From positions 18,855,910-18,919,909 of the forward strand of contig NC_134031.1 in the NCBI RefSeq assembly GCF_964204645.1: a stretch of DNA of 64,000 bases, in the 5' to 3' direction. This document shows positions 1 through 13,736 of the stretch, piece after piece. Position 1 is the first letter of the stretch. Every line of letters starts with the position of its first letter. This DNA comes from Tubulanus polymorphus. Lineage: Eukaryota; Animalia; Nemertea. The position numbers were made by a program, and so were the translations under genes. The notes beneath the pieces are model-generated. The model searched no databases, was not told the origin of the DNA, and saw nothing but the letters and a program-made list of their open reading frames with translations.

Positions 1-265
1 ATTCACCGGTAAAGCAGAAACTCAGCGCGGAAAACCGTCGAGAACGGGAGGACGCAAGGTTGAAATGGTTGTTTTCCGGTGTTTATCCCCGATATAATGA
101 CGTGTCATCATCTGTGTGTTTGTAAAGACAGACGCCGATAGATGTATAAACTGAATATCATATCATCAGATTTGAAAATGGCGAAACAGGTTTTTGATTT
201 GAAAATAATCAGTTAGCTGTCTACACGACCAGGGTATGAGGGAAGCTTATAGAAATTCAACTTAC

Positions 266-328
266 CTTTATACTGCTTATCATAAACCAGTGATTTTAGA
301 ATGGAATTTTCTCTTCACGAATCAAGAT
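266..328 (-). other. Candidate 63-nt exon (probably UTR) of an unseen minus-strand gene
   Basis: Acceptor TTTCCTATCTTTCAG| and donor AAG|GTAAGT on the minus strand. All three read-through frames contain stops; an internal ATG gives MISSIK up to the donor. Confidence 0.3.
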
Positions 329-3120
329 CTGAAAGATAGGAAATTCGAAAATATACGTTCAGTTACAAATGATGGAAATGCCCATTTGCACAATCGTGAC
401 TTGTGTGCAAAAATGGTCTGAAATCTTAAGACTGGTCTCTAGTTAGATTGGCCGCCATAGAAATAAGATGAGCTTAGACCGGTCTCAGGTGGCTAGATTG
501 GCTATAAAACGAATATGAGCTTGTTTTAGGTTGTTAGATTTTATATGGCACTGAAGTGTGCTTAGACTGGTCTTGTTTGGCTCTTGTTAGCTTTGACTGC
601 AGCTGACCCAGGGACCGGTTGAACGGGGCAGGCTTAGATTTTTGTCTATTTGACTCAGTCCATGTTTCATAAACCAGATATATTATAGACTGCAGTTTTA
701 CGATTCGATACTATATATAGGGCGCAATTGGGCCTAGGATAACACGTCCAGCGAATTCCCTCTCGTCCGGAAACAAATCCGATACATAGTCAGTCACAAA
801 TATGGCGATTTGACGAGAAATAAGTAAGACACGGACGGAAACAGTAAATCGTGAAATACGCATAGAAACAACACCAATAAACACGAGAGATTATCATGAA
901 TTTTTCATACGGAATAAATCCCCAGAAACACGATGTTAACACGCTGTACGAGACCCACTATTGGGTTTATATGTATCTGTCATCTTGTGCGATATTTGCT
1001 GCTATAACTCTCGAGACGTACTGTTCTTGATATTATTTCCAACCTTCTCGTCGTATTTAGGCCTTTCTGCATTAGACACTGAAACCGGTTTATACAATGT
1101 ATAAGTAGACGAGGCTTATAATAAAAGAACTGGATATTTTTTCATCATTTATCTGTAAAATGTTGCATTCTCTTATACGACTACTGTTTACTGTAAAATG
1201 AAAGTATTATCTTCATCATATTATTCATGCTCTCAACAGAAACAGTACAACCAACTGAACCAGCATGGTTACAGCAGAACCAGTAAAACAGCATGGCGCT
1301 TCAGGTGGTAATAACATGAAATCCTCGTCAAGCACGTTCATCGCCATTCAACGAAACATCGTCTAATGTTTCTCCTTAGCGAATTTTAAAGTCGTCTTTT
1401 CTTTACGGATACAATGCGCTGCCTTTCATTTTACATTTTAAGGACATTTTTTTTCTCTAATGAGTTTTCGAGACTTAATCCGCGTATAGGTTGCCAGCTA
1501 GCGAACAGGCGGCTCCTCGGTGCAACGCGCCCCGTTTTGATCTTCGCGACATCCACCGTCGCACGCATTTTCGCCTCCTATTTAGAGAAATACCGAAGAT
1601 ATTCTTCTTGCGGTGGAGGCTTCAAAGGCGCTCGGAGAACTAATCGAAAAATCCTGCGCGTACGTCGAGAGCTACCCCGGTGCGACGTCGCTTTCATTAT
1701 CCGTTAATTAATATGTGAACCCAGGAGAATCGGGGCGTTGTATGTAGACGCGCCACGGAAAGCGACAGTGCAAGCAACAAGCTCACTGCCGAGAAAGTTC
1801 AAGGCGCGTGGATAATAATACAAGTTACGAGGCTCGTTAGAAACTGACATTTCGCAATATTTCCGGTGTTGCTGAGCTACTATTATATGAGAAAAAGTCG
1901 CTTTGAAAATCCGCATTCAGACACCGCAGGGTTCGAACCCAAAATCTCATCTTCATTTTTTCAAATTAGTTGCACGAGTTTTAGTCGCCATCACGAGTTA
2001 ACCGCTTACTTACTCTCCTTTCGCGGTCGGTATATGGTTTCAAACACTGAACCATTGATAGGCAAGATCAGCTCACCAGAAAGAATAAAAGAAAGATCAG
2101 GATATCTTTTGGGAGATATTTAAAGTTTTTTTGCGACCCACCATTATGATGCCGAACATAATTATTGTTGACATATCTTTTTATTTGATGTATCGATCTA
2201 TTTTATCGCAAAGATTTCAACTTATCTTCATATATAGATTCGAATCAATTGCATGGAAATATATATTTGGGAAGATATCAATCTTCTCGCTAGCCTCACT
2301 AACCACAGTCTCCTCTCACCATGGATCAAAATGTCTAAGGTTAAGTGAAAAGGTTTTTGCGACCAGTCTCTGTATTATGCCGTGTTGAGAATCATTAATC
2401 TAATACGAGTCGATGTGGAGAAAAAAGCCTTGAGAAATAAGCAATAAAACCTTGACGAAAAATCTCATTTATAGAAAATGCGTGAGATCCCATCATAAAA
2501 ATAACGCGCGATAGTTTATACAGGCGAGGATCGGTAATACAGTGTGGCTCTATCGCAAATATTTGACGAGTAAAATGGAATACATTAAGACGACACGATG
2601 CAGCAAGTCGCCTCGCCTCCCTCGCTTGCCGGTGCCTGACTCCGCGTCTGTCGACTTAGCCATCAAATGACCCGCAGCGAACGATCAAATTTAATCAGAC
2701 TTGACACGTAATGAAGCGCTGTTGCACCTGCCACCTCGGTCGCTGATGGAAGAACGGAATATCTCTTCATTCAAACTGCGAATGACGGTAACGGCATTAC
2801 GTCCTAATGTGGTTACAGCAACAAGTAACATATCTCCATTACCCCGACGACGAGCGAGTCACAGCTACCGCCTGCTAGCTAGGCCACTTGATTGCCGTCG
2901 TGTCGAAACGAACCGGGCGAAAAACTACCGTCGACGTATTAGCGGCGACGGGGAAAAAATCACCACTGCAGAAAAAATCTCGCCGAATCGTCGTCAATCG
3001 TGTGGCCATTTCGTGCATGAAGCAATTGAGATTGACGCTGTTGATGTGCTGCCTGCGCTGGTGTCAATGAGGGTTTTTAGGAAGTAGGGTAGGGGATGAT
3101 GACCAAGGAAGGACAGTTTT

Positions 3121-3121
3121 G

Positions 3122-3156
<35 letters not shown>

Positions 3157-3163
3157 GATGATG
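3121..3163 (+). repeat. (GATAAT)n/(GAT)n microsatellite
   Basis: GATAAT x5 followed by AAT/GAT units. Confidence 0.9.
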
Positions 3164-4159
3164 AATCTATTTTTGTACTAATTAAATTGCATCACGACGC
3201 TTTATAGACATAGTCGAATCATAATAAATAAAAATTGATTACAGAATTTTTCCAATAAAAAGAATCCTAACTATATGTGCAGCAAAAACATTGCAACTGG
3301 TCCCCGAGTCAAATGGGATGAATCTATTCGTGGAACTGGAAGCCGTAAGTGACGCTTTCCAACTAATTTTTCTGTCAGTATAAAATTGCAGTAGCGTCTA
3401 AAACAGTAATCACGAGTAAAAACATGGGAACGACGACGTCAGATGAGACAGCAACGGGTTGTAAAATAACGGATAATTTACACGACATTACAGCTGAAAT
3501 TATAGGTTACCATCTGACAATTCGTGCAGTACGACACAAAATTAACACCATATCAAATCTTCTTTTGCGTGTATAATTATACAACGAATTGACACGTAAC
3601 GAAATATCGGCTGCGCGGATACAACGGCAAAACATGCGGGAATATGTTGTTTTGGAAACTGTTGCGCGCGTAGTCATGACTGATGAAGACCCGGATGAAG
3701 AGTCCGCGTTGTGAAGATAATAATATAGAATCCATCATACTAAGAATGAAAGAAGTCAGAAATAGTCTTTCTGAAGTTGACTTAAAGGTTATAAATATAT
3801 TCGAAATTTCGAATATATTCCACGGGCTGTCAGACTCTTTTTATTCTTATTCTGGAATGAAATAAAACGGCTTTTTGATGACCAGAGCGTCTAGATACTA
3901 TCGTTGATCTTACGATCTAAGCGTATTTGTAGTTGGTCCCGGTTTTGAGAGCAAACATTTCCTGGCAATTTCACTGAGCCGTAGAGCCGCACCAGAGCAA
4001 AGCATTAAGCCTTCTATCTCGGCCTTAGTTTATATACATGTTTTCATGCATAGGTGTGTGTTTTATAGCTTTTGTGCAAGCTGTGCATACGTCGCGCCGC
4101 TCAATGGCTATTAAACCATTCAATGGTCATTATCAATACGAACTGGGCAGAAGCATGTG

Positions 4160-4250
4160 CCCTCGATAGCTCAGTTGGTAGAGCGGAGGACTGTAGAGTC
4201 ATGACAGAATAGATATCCTTAGGTCGCTGGTTCAAATCCGGCTCGAGGGA
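4160..4250 (+). tRNA. tRNA-Tyr (anticodon GTA) with 18-nt intron (exons 4160-4196 and 4215-4250)
   Basis: CCCTCGATAGCTCAGTTGGTAGAGCGGAGGACTGTAG-[AGTCATGACAGAATAGAT]-ATCCTTAGGTCGCTGGTTCAAATCCGGCTCGAGGGA. Acceptor stem CCCTCGA/TCGAGGG, anticodon GTA at 4193-4195, intron at the canonical 37/38 position, mature length 73 nt. Matches the metazoan tRNA-Tyr pattern. A T4 run at 4254-4257 could terminate Pol III. Confidence 0.97.
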
Positions 4251-6285
4251 GAATTTTGAAATAAAATCAAATTCAATTTTTTTCAAATCCTTCATGATAT
4301 ACTTTGATTCATGATAGGACGATAAAAGAAATGACGTCCTGGCGACTGATACACAACAGCAGCCGGTCCGCATACACACACACAGCAGGTATTACTGGCA
4401 CCATCAATGAATAATGGACAGTTCCATAATTTGTGGCAGGGATGAAAATACCTTGAATAATTGATGATGATAATAACTGTAGATCATATAGCAACCACGA
4501 TTAAAGCGTCGAGCCGTAAAAAAGCCGAATGCGCATCGATAGTAACTGTAATTAGCCGCATGTTGTATTTAAAGATGAGGTAGCATCGAAGAACAGGGAT
4601 GAGATCCGGGCATCACCGCGTATCAGGCCCAGGTTATTCGCTAAGATCTAACTCGATAGGATCATTCAAAACCTTTGGATCCTGTTCCATATATACAGTT
4701 CTCGGATAGAATCTGACCCAATTACGTTTTAAAACATTATAAACTAATTCTACTGTTATAGGGCCTAGTCACTCCATAACATCAGGCACTGTGTCCTAAA
4801 CAGAACTGAATTTTGAACAGCGAGTCAAACTTAACCGAAAAACTGCAAACCTCATTACAAATGGATTCGCTGCATTCATATTCCTGGCCATTCGTTTGAT
4901 GAAAACATATGTCCTTGTTTGACCGCTTCTGAGGAAGACAAATTCCCAAGTTGTCAGCATCACCTGTTGACCAGAGACGAGATGTGAATAAGAAAATGAT
5001 AGTAAAGATGTCTGAACTCTGGATACCTCTCGACGACTTTCTCTCTCTCTTTCTCTCTCTTTCTCACGACAACACTTGACCAGTTACCGGTCATTCATTC
5101 ACTTCACTCGGTTAGAGCGAGAAAAAATCGTGCCTCGGCATCGAGTAATGGTCGTTATTCGGTATTCTCGGTTTCCGGTTTTATGTTTTGCAAATACCCC
5201 ATTTCGTGCAAAGATCACAAGGCGCGGACCGAATAAACGGCGCAGCAAGGGGACAATTACTGGCTATAAAACCGGCGACTAGAGACGGTTCAGATACGGG
5301 CAATAACACCGTTCTACATGAGAATGACCCGGCCGCGTCGGCATACGGGTATTGTTTGAAATAACGGTCGTTTCCGTTTCGGTGACGTCGCGATCGATAT
5401 TCAGAAACCTATCTCAAGGTTGCGGAGGCTTTTCTATCAAGGATAAAGCATGCAGTCGTCACTGATTTAATTAAAACAGCGATATTTCAGTATTTCAGAC
5501 TAAGCGACAGGAGCCAGTCCGTTTATCACATGTGTACGTGTGTGATATCTTATCACAATTCCTCAGTGGTTATGGACAAAAGAGACCTTACATTTAAATA
5601 CGTTTGTAAATAAGTTTTTTTTTCATTAAAATGAAAAGTTTATTGTTTCAATCAGAATCGAATCTTTATGAAAGGGCCACACAATGTGCACGGTATTGAT
5701 CAAACGCTCTACGAAATGTATGCTTGTTTGCCTTGTTTGTCTTTATCCACGTACGAATCGCCATCAATGGCTAGATTTGCACCCGTCCCGAGATGAGGCT
5801 GCTGCATCATAAATACATACCCGCCCTCGAACTGTGCAGGTCATATAGCGGCATAGATTTGAGTCATCGACGAATCATTTTGAAAAATAGAAGAATCGAC
5901 ATTCATATTAACGCGTGACGCTTAACACAATTGTGTTTTCACAAAACATCAATTTTTCCGCGGTGATACATCAAACTATAATAATTTTTATTTAATGGTG
6001 GAGATACCGGCTGAATTATAAATGCTCATAGCTCGGGTCCCTGCGGTGTCGTTTCTATCTGCTTTATGCCAGGCACATATAGCATTATTGATATATGGAC
6101 GCAATAATGTGGCATACAGCTCAGGTGATACCAGTGTAACCACCAAACTATCATCAACGCGCGCGCGATAGCATAGAAATTACATTACTGCATATATATA
6201 CAGAAAAAACAATACATTCAACTATACAGAAGTATCGCGTGTAACTTATACTGCATAGAGATACATCTTTAAACAAGAATACCAA

Positions 6286-6685
6286 CTTGAAAGTTCTTTG
6301 ACGCCTTGAAAAATAACACTTGAATCTTATGCGTAATATTGTCGACAATAAATAGCGTAAATTATATAATATTGAGGATCAATAAAGTTATATTGGATTT
6401 GAATATCAATAATTGAATTGAATTGACCGGCAACCAGTATAGCCCCGATATATCGATGACGTAGTGCACATCCTCTCGAAACTTATCAAAAGTAACATAC
6501 AAGTTATGAAATATATTTAATCGCAAGATAAACCCCACAAAATTCACAATTGTAATTGCTATTTTGAAACGTCAATATTGATGACGTAGTGCACATCGAC
6601 TCGCAAATAACCTCTTACATGACGCATACTAGGTATCAATGTATATAAACATTTATTGTAACGGCTTAATGGCGTCAAGAAATAT
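6286..6685 (+). repeat. ~400-bp dispersed repeat, copy 1 (unclassified)
   Basis: Colinear with 20760-21142. Exact 25-mer TGAATTGAATTGACCGGCAACCAGT at 6414-6438 and 20862-20886. Each copy has an internal duplicated motif of consensus ATTGATGACGTAGTGCAC. Confidence 0.9.
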
Positions 6686-8694
6686 TCCAAAAAACAAAAA
6701 AATGTGTAATGAATATCGGTAATTGATGGGGTAATTATCGGGTAAAAAAAGTAATTGATTAGGGGAATTAATTAATCAGCGACTAAGACGTAATGTAATG
6801 AATTAATTAAGTCGGTAAGGTAATTATCAATACGGTACCTCACTGATCTAATAATCAGATTTTATGTATGGAGGAGGTAAAACGAAGGGTCTATTGATTA
6901 CGTCATAGGTGACTTGATGAAGGCGGCCATTTTCTTGGAAGGGTCGTTATAGTTCCGTAATTCGCTATTTCGATGAAAATATTAATACAAAATTCAAAGC
7001 TGGCCACGAAATACCCAGTTCTAACTGTTGACTATGATTAAATTGAAGCGGTGCAGAATTTGCCAAGGGCTTTACACTGGTCATTTTCATATGAATACTT
7101 TACATCCCTCTCTACATAGACTGCCGTCCATCGACAACTATTCAGAATTACTGACATTTCTTAGAAGAGTCTCCTAGTAACCCCGGGGTCTGTTCTACAG
7201 TATACGTGGCTCGTCGTTACGAAGGGTATCATTATTTTCAGATTCGCTGGTTTCGACTTTTTCCATCGCGATATGCCAGTACCAGGAGCGCTCGTGGGTT
7301 CAAAGGGTGGTGCGCTTGAGAGTAAGACCCTCAACTCGAACGATAGCACATTAGGGGAGCTCCATGGGTTATTTCACTGGGATTTCTACAATCAGCTTGA
7401 AACTGATAACTCGACCGAGAGGTGAAAATGTGGTTCTACAGCTATCGGTTAAGATTTGAATGTAGAGAACGTTTGAAATGAGTCAATTTAACTGTTTTAA
7501 CTCATAGAATCCGGATCCGTAATTCTATAAATGCCACGTAGTGGTATTTCACGTTTACGGCTAAAAATCTAATTCAATTTCGATTCTTTTCAAGCTAAAA
7601 TCTCCCTTAATCTCTTCATAATAAATTGAATATTTTCAGTAGCTTCAGACGTCGTAGACTTTAATATGGAAAATATATCGTACAAACGTGCAGGAAAATA
7701 TAGCTGAATATTGTCGCAGAACATCTGCGTCGTGGAAATTAATTCACGTTGAATTTGATGGATGGGACTGGACTCCTCTACAAGCGCTTATCACCTTCCT
7801 ATAGGACATTTACATATCATTATTATAACTATTCTCAAAGCCCCGCTGGATGTTTTATCGAAGTCATAAATTTGCCGTTTGTTATTATTTCCTAGTCGTG
7901 ATTTGACACGGCAGTATCAGCTTGTAGTGTTCGTTACGGGTTCAATCGAATTCATGATTGGTGGTAAATATGGAACAGGACGAGTTGTTCCGCAGTTGCG
8001 AGTTGAATTCGATGAGAGATGAATAATTATGATTCTCGCGGGCCAAGGTCGACTTGCAACGCGATTGAAAAGACCGTTTAGAGGCCTTCACGTGTATTTT
8101 TGTGTCTCTTTCCCCTTGCGACAAGGTTAGCAAAGATACCTATTAGATACATTCAGATCTATTGCGTTCGGGAGAAATTTGGGGATCAGTGTCTCAGGTT
8201 TACTATAGATTAATCAAAGACTAGCGATACTGGACATCCCAGCGGCCAGATAAAATATTCAGACATCTCTTATTTTTCTCCGGCTACAATTACCGCTGCA
8301 AATAATTTGACCAATCTTGTCGTCTTGGAGAGAGTTGGTGAAGATTTGTTGTTAGATTGTAAGCGGGTCTGACAGCGCGACGCGGATGCCTTGATTAAGC
8401 CAACTACCTGTAGATCTAAAGCGGGGCTAATGGCGGCTCAAGCGCCCGGGAACAATCATCCGAATCGTGCGTGTCGTCGCAGTAGCCGCGATGAAATTTG
8501 ACATGTTCGTCACATATCCCGCCGATTAATCCACCATACACGAAAACAAGCCATACTAATACGCATGCGTGCATACACTTATCAGACTTCGCCGGATTGC
8601 ATGAAACCTATATAAGTGATTAGTGAAACATGGATGGATATTTTCGATATGAAAAAGCTTTTTAGCAGGGGATACCTAAGACTTAAAATTGAAA

Positions 8695-8790
8695 AAATTC
8701 CACACTGAGAATGGAAAACATTGAGTCCGAAAAGTTTCATTAAACTAGTGTATATTATTCAACGTTTCGACTCCATACTGATAGTCATCT
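8695..8790 (-). mobile_element. Decayed copy of the hammerhead-bearing repeat
   Basis: GAGTCCGAAAAG...TTATTCAACGTTTCGACT...ATAGTCATCT. Stem II and GAAACGUU are retained; the CUGA part of the core is lost. Confidence 0.65.
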
Positions 8791-10254
8791 ACATTCCTGT
8801 CTGATACAGTGGAATCTTTAAATAAACTACAGCTCAAAGAAACATTTTGGACTCCTATTTCTGTCTTAATGTGGGATTTTATATCATCGATGTTTCATCT
8901 ATGGCAGCTTCGAGCCGTTATGTTTTCGAGTGTTAGATTCTCACATCATTGTCACAACGTCACAGGCTCAGAATGTTTCATCAATGGTTGCCTCAGAACG
9001 TATTTGTTCTTTTTTCTCTTTCCTTCTATACCATTAGAAACATTCCCTGTTTTTTCTTTCAGTAGCGATTGAAGCTTGAAACCTCTCGACAATCCCCATC
9101 CCTCGTCCGAAAACAATTTTCATTATTTCATAAGAGTCCAGAAACGACTAATGCGCCTTCAAATAGTGATTTCCACGCGAATCTTGATTGCCGGTGGTAA
9201 TTTCATCGACCATAAAACTCTAATCAAGAAATCCGGCTTTGAATACCACGCGCGGAAAGGCGTTCTTCAAAATCAAACGCGGGGCCCGGCGGATTTGCAT
9301 AATAAGCCGAAACCTAGGCTAGAATCGAATGTAAAATTCATCAGCACCTCATTTATCATCCAATCATGAAAGGTCATTCTTGTGGTCGTTAATAGTGCCT
9401 GATTCGCTCTCTCTATCGTCTAGCCAAATATCCCTGTCATTCCCGCACCTATTAATATCCATCTAGAGGTGGTGTGCGATGTGTGCGGTATACGTGTGCG
9501 CGGTACGGTGACGGCAATCCGGAGTTTATCTGACTAAGATTGAAATATCGTTTGATGTGGAGAACACAGCCGTGGTGGCTGCTGACTCTCATAGTGTCTG
9601 TTCCATACGTCGTTAATCTCGAAAATCAAAAATACGATTTATTAATAATTCAAGAAAACGTGAAATGAATTAAACTTTTGCGACCACGAAAACATGAGAA
9701 CCACAGTCATCAGATGAAAACTATATGACGAAATATGAAAAACGATAGCAATAATGAAAATTGATAAAGAAAGATGAATCGTGGGTGAATAAGAAAGGTA
9801 GACTGGTTCCGCATAGCAGCCGACGTGAGTCTCTCAAGGTTGTCGCGTCTTTCGCCCGACCAACCGACCGACTGACACTGCCTGCTGTATCAAATAAAAC
9901 GCAGTTGAATATTCAACTGATTTGAATTTCGTCAAGTGCTCACGATGTCGGAAACTCGTCGACAGCCGAGAGTATAGAAACAATCTGATTGAAATCTCAT
10001 CGTCGGCTATTGAATAATGACACTAGACGTCTGTTTCACTATCAAACACTGCAGCTCCCACTCTCCGTCTGAATTCAATGGAATTTCGTAAACCTGCACC
10101 TTTTAAAAACCCAATGATCTCACGCTCCAAGTTGTTCAATCTTGTTGACGTATTGACCCTAAAATTCGCATTTTCGGAAATAGAATTCATGAAAATGCCA
10201 CTACCGTTTTCGAAACAATTCATATTCGTTAAGATACCATTGGAAATACGGAAA

Positions 10255-10345
10255 GAAATGCTACACTACGAATAACATTATTGGAGTCTGAAATGTTTGC
10301 GTGAGCTGGTAGTTTATCCAACGTTTCGACTGCGTCCTAATAGTC
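10255..10345 (-). mobile_element. Decayed copy of the hammerhead-bearing repeat
   Basis: GAGTCTGAAATG...TTTATCCAACGTTTCGACT...ATAGTC. Stem II (GACU/AGUC) is retained; CUGAnGA is missing. Confidence 0.6.
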
Positions 10346-13002
10346 GGAAATGCTGATGCAATATTACTCTTCTAATTGATATTCATAACGAACAAGTCAC
10401 GCAAAAAAGTTGAATAAAGTACATGTAACATGTATAGGTTTGTTTTGTATACATTCTAGTTTCAGTCTCTACGGGCTTTACACACAAATTCAGGTGTTAT
10501 TCAGCGAACACTGCTCACAACTGCCGTTATTATAAAACAACGGCTGCATTATTCAAAAGCTGAACAGAAACTCAGGTTTGATTACTGCAGTCTCTGGTGC
10601 ACATTATTGGCGCTATACAGTTTACATAATGCATCAGTTCGGAGACTGGCGCTCGCTAAGACTCGTCCCTCGTCCAATTTGACCGTGAAACGACCGGAAT
10701 TTACCGACGACGATCTCTCGACTCGTCGCGCTCGTTTCCATACTCGTCGAGATCATGACGCACATCGGTGCGCTAGGGACACGGCGCCAACATCAGAATT
10801 CATATTTTGTTTTGTTTTGAAAAATCGTCCGGGATGAAGGTGACGGAACTAACGACTCGTTGTTGGGGCCGTGAGCGAGTGTTGATCGAAATCGTTACAC
10901 CTTCGATATCATCAAAAATGTAATCATCACGCGAAAAAGAAATTCTTAAATATTCGCGGAAGTCGCAAAAGTGGTCCGTATAATTTGTGCGCAATTTCAG
11001 ATTAAATCGCCTACGTGGACCATCCTTACATCAGCCCAAACACAGCGTGAAGCAAACATATAAAAACATTCATATTCTTGAAAGCTTTCTATTTCTGGCG
11101 TGGAGACTTAAAGTATATATCATTCTCGTGTTTTCCAATTACTGGTGATCAGAACCGCAGTTTTCAGATACGTAGCTGATATAATAATAGTATTACCAGT
11201 GTATATTACAAGTCAGTATATTACCGGTGGTAATATTAGACACGATAAGTAATTACTGTATAATAAACAAGTCACGCATTTATGGGGGATACCTCACATC
11301 TCTCTCTCCTTCTCTCTCTTTAGCTTCCGTCGCTGTGACGAAAAAACCGCCGCTGTGTCGAAAAAATATCATTTCACGCAGAGCGAAAGCATTCAGTTGC
11401 TAATGAACACGAACAGAGGAGTGTCACTCAAAGCCTTCAAAGCAACAACAACAATGAAAAAAAATAAAATTTCACAGTCACTACTCCGTGATGATCAAGA
11501 TGTTGCGTACTAATGACCATTGCGACCTTGGGCCCTTCGACGATAGAATATTTCCAAGATGGAGGACGATATGCCAGTAACGACCTTGAACTTTCCAAAC
11601 TGCGAAAAAATTCTCGCACAAATTCAAAATGGAGGAAAATTTGGTCTCCATATTCAGTGACCTCGACCTTTGTTAAAAGAAGTAAAAATCTCGCTCACCT
11701 GATATTTCCCGCAGACGTGCGCGCGCATCCGCTAACGAGCTGCAATCCAACAATGCCCGTATCGGTTGCGTAGGTTACGGCGAAAAAGACGAATTCTGAT
11801 TATTTGTGACTAGTCGTTTGTGACGACGCGCTGCGAACAGTGAGAGAGAAACACTGTGGCAAAGAGAGAACATCAGGTGAATGCGAGTAAAAAAACTGGC
11901 GTGTTCGTTGCGTTCGTCTCTATTTACCGGGGGTTTAATTAAGACGGATTGCGCGCTGCCAGGAAGCGCTCTGACGAAGGTTTCCCGTGACGGAACGACG
12001 GACGAGAGAGCGTGCGCGGTATAAAACACACAGTGACGACCCAGACACTGTACAGAACCGACCCGACCGGCGCGGTACATCAATTACCCGTTAACTATAC
12101 TTTATTGTTAGCGCAGCAACAGGTAAAATAAATGCGTCAACATCTCGTCTACTTACTGAAGATTTGTGAATCGACACCCCGCCCTTCCCGTGAAACATCT
12201 CTCGTCAGGAAGCGAATATCAGGATCTGGCATCTCATAGTTCTCAGCTGTGGGATTGAAACATCATGAACTAATTTCACTCGAGTCAAATTAACCAAGAA
12301 CTGTGAAATCAAGGTCCAATTCTATAGTAATTGATTCAAATTATGACTGCAGGGTTGACACATTGAAAATTCGAACGTGAGTTTAATCTAACTCAGAACT
12401 GAGCGGTTCTCATAGAAAATTGAGACTATTTCGACGATAGACAAAGACTCGAGAAATCTCATACTCATATTTCTCCGAGATTAGCGTAAAGAATGAAATT
12501 ATTCCAACTTATAAAGTTATAGCTATAGCTAAATTGATTAAATTTCGTAATTACAAAATGACGACTTACCAGTTTACGAAGACAGTAAGAATATAATATC
12601 AACAGATAAAAATTCACTGGATGTCAATATGTGTAATAAACAAAGCGTGGCGGATGATACAATAAATACCAACTAACTCAGCTGCAAACTTTATTAGAAT
12701 ATAACGCAATATTAGGTTAATAAACGGCAGTATTATTCTATATAGAGAACGCGCGTGTATCATATACAAACACAGACACATGTCGTTAATTAGGTGTAAT
12801 TACGAGAAAAGCAGTAAAATGATCACTCGTCATTCGCTTTCATACGTTTTGAGGGACAGATATTGCTGGAATTATCAATAAGTTGTCAAAATGATTATCG
12901 CTGGTTTCCACATATATAGACAAGCGACTGTTTATTATTCAATTTGAAGAGAAAAAAAAAACAACCGCGGCTATGAAGAGCAGAGTAAGAGAAAAACATT
13001 TC

Positions 13003-13218
13003 GAGTTAATTCTATGAGCCATTTTCAAAACTAAGAGAGTAGTGATGTTTAGACTCAATTCCACGAGCCATTTCCAAAGCTAAGAGAGTAGTGATGTCTC
13101 AACTCAATGAACCATTTTCAAAACTAACAGAGTAGTAACGTTATTTCGAGTTTATTTATTTCGTTGAGCCACTTTTAGAATTTAGACAGTAGTGACGTTT
13201 CAACTCAATTCTATGACA
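13003..13218. repeat. Degenerate ~48-bp tandem repeat, ~4 copies
   Basis: Recurring GAGCCATTTTCAAAACTAAGAGAGTAGTGATGT..CAACTCAAT. Confidence 0.85.
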
Positions 13219-13621
13219 CCCGAAAAATGTGCGAAAGGTTTCGTAGTATGAGGAAGCAAAAAATTGTCGAGGTGCCGTCATCGGCAGTGAGTCAAGAATT
13301 CCGTGGACGCAACAGCGACAAACAAGACTAAATTGCCACGGGAAAGACGTGGTCTGAACGAGTAATGGCAATACTTAATCCTCGCTGTAGCACTTTGAAT
13401 ACTTGATAACTTCTCGGTGACCTGTCTCGATATAACACCTCATGGCAAACAACCATAATCAATAACTAGCAGTAATGACCAGTCGAGACTTAACATTTAA
13501 GTTAGTAGAAACCTTGATGATATAACAGAAAACTCGCAACTGAAGATCAGACCCGTTGTCGGTTAGGTCTGACCCAAGAGTCGACCTTGTGATTACATTG
13601 TATTTACATTTGTCTAACAAT

Positions 13622-13736
13622 GGATCCAGCTCCAGAATTCTCACAGTGAAAATGTGTGTCTCAGAGTTAACTCTCATTGGATGTAACTAATTTCAACTCA
13701 AAGTTAACTCTACCTCACAACTGTGGAACTAGATCC
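13622..13736. mobile_element. Short TIR element of the abundant GGATCCAGTTCCACAGTT family
   Basis: Left end GGATCCAGCTCCA, right end AACTGTGGAACTAGATCC, with internal palindromic AGTTAACTC motifs. Related termini at ~13782, 14791, 18470, 25305, 29800, 34650, 36590 and 54726. Confidence 0.7.

Noticed and set aside
2701-3087. 128-aa ORF in a CpG-rich stretch
   Set aside because: Non-ATG start, no recognisable domain, and an Arg/Ser-rich composition typical of GC-rich non-coding DNA.
8404-8426. TACCTGTAGATC resembling miR-10/miR-993 arms
   Set aside because: One C short in the seed, the 3' half does not match, and there is no complementary arm.
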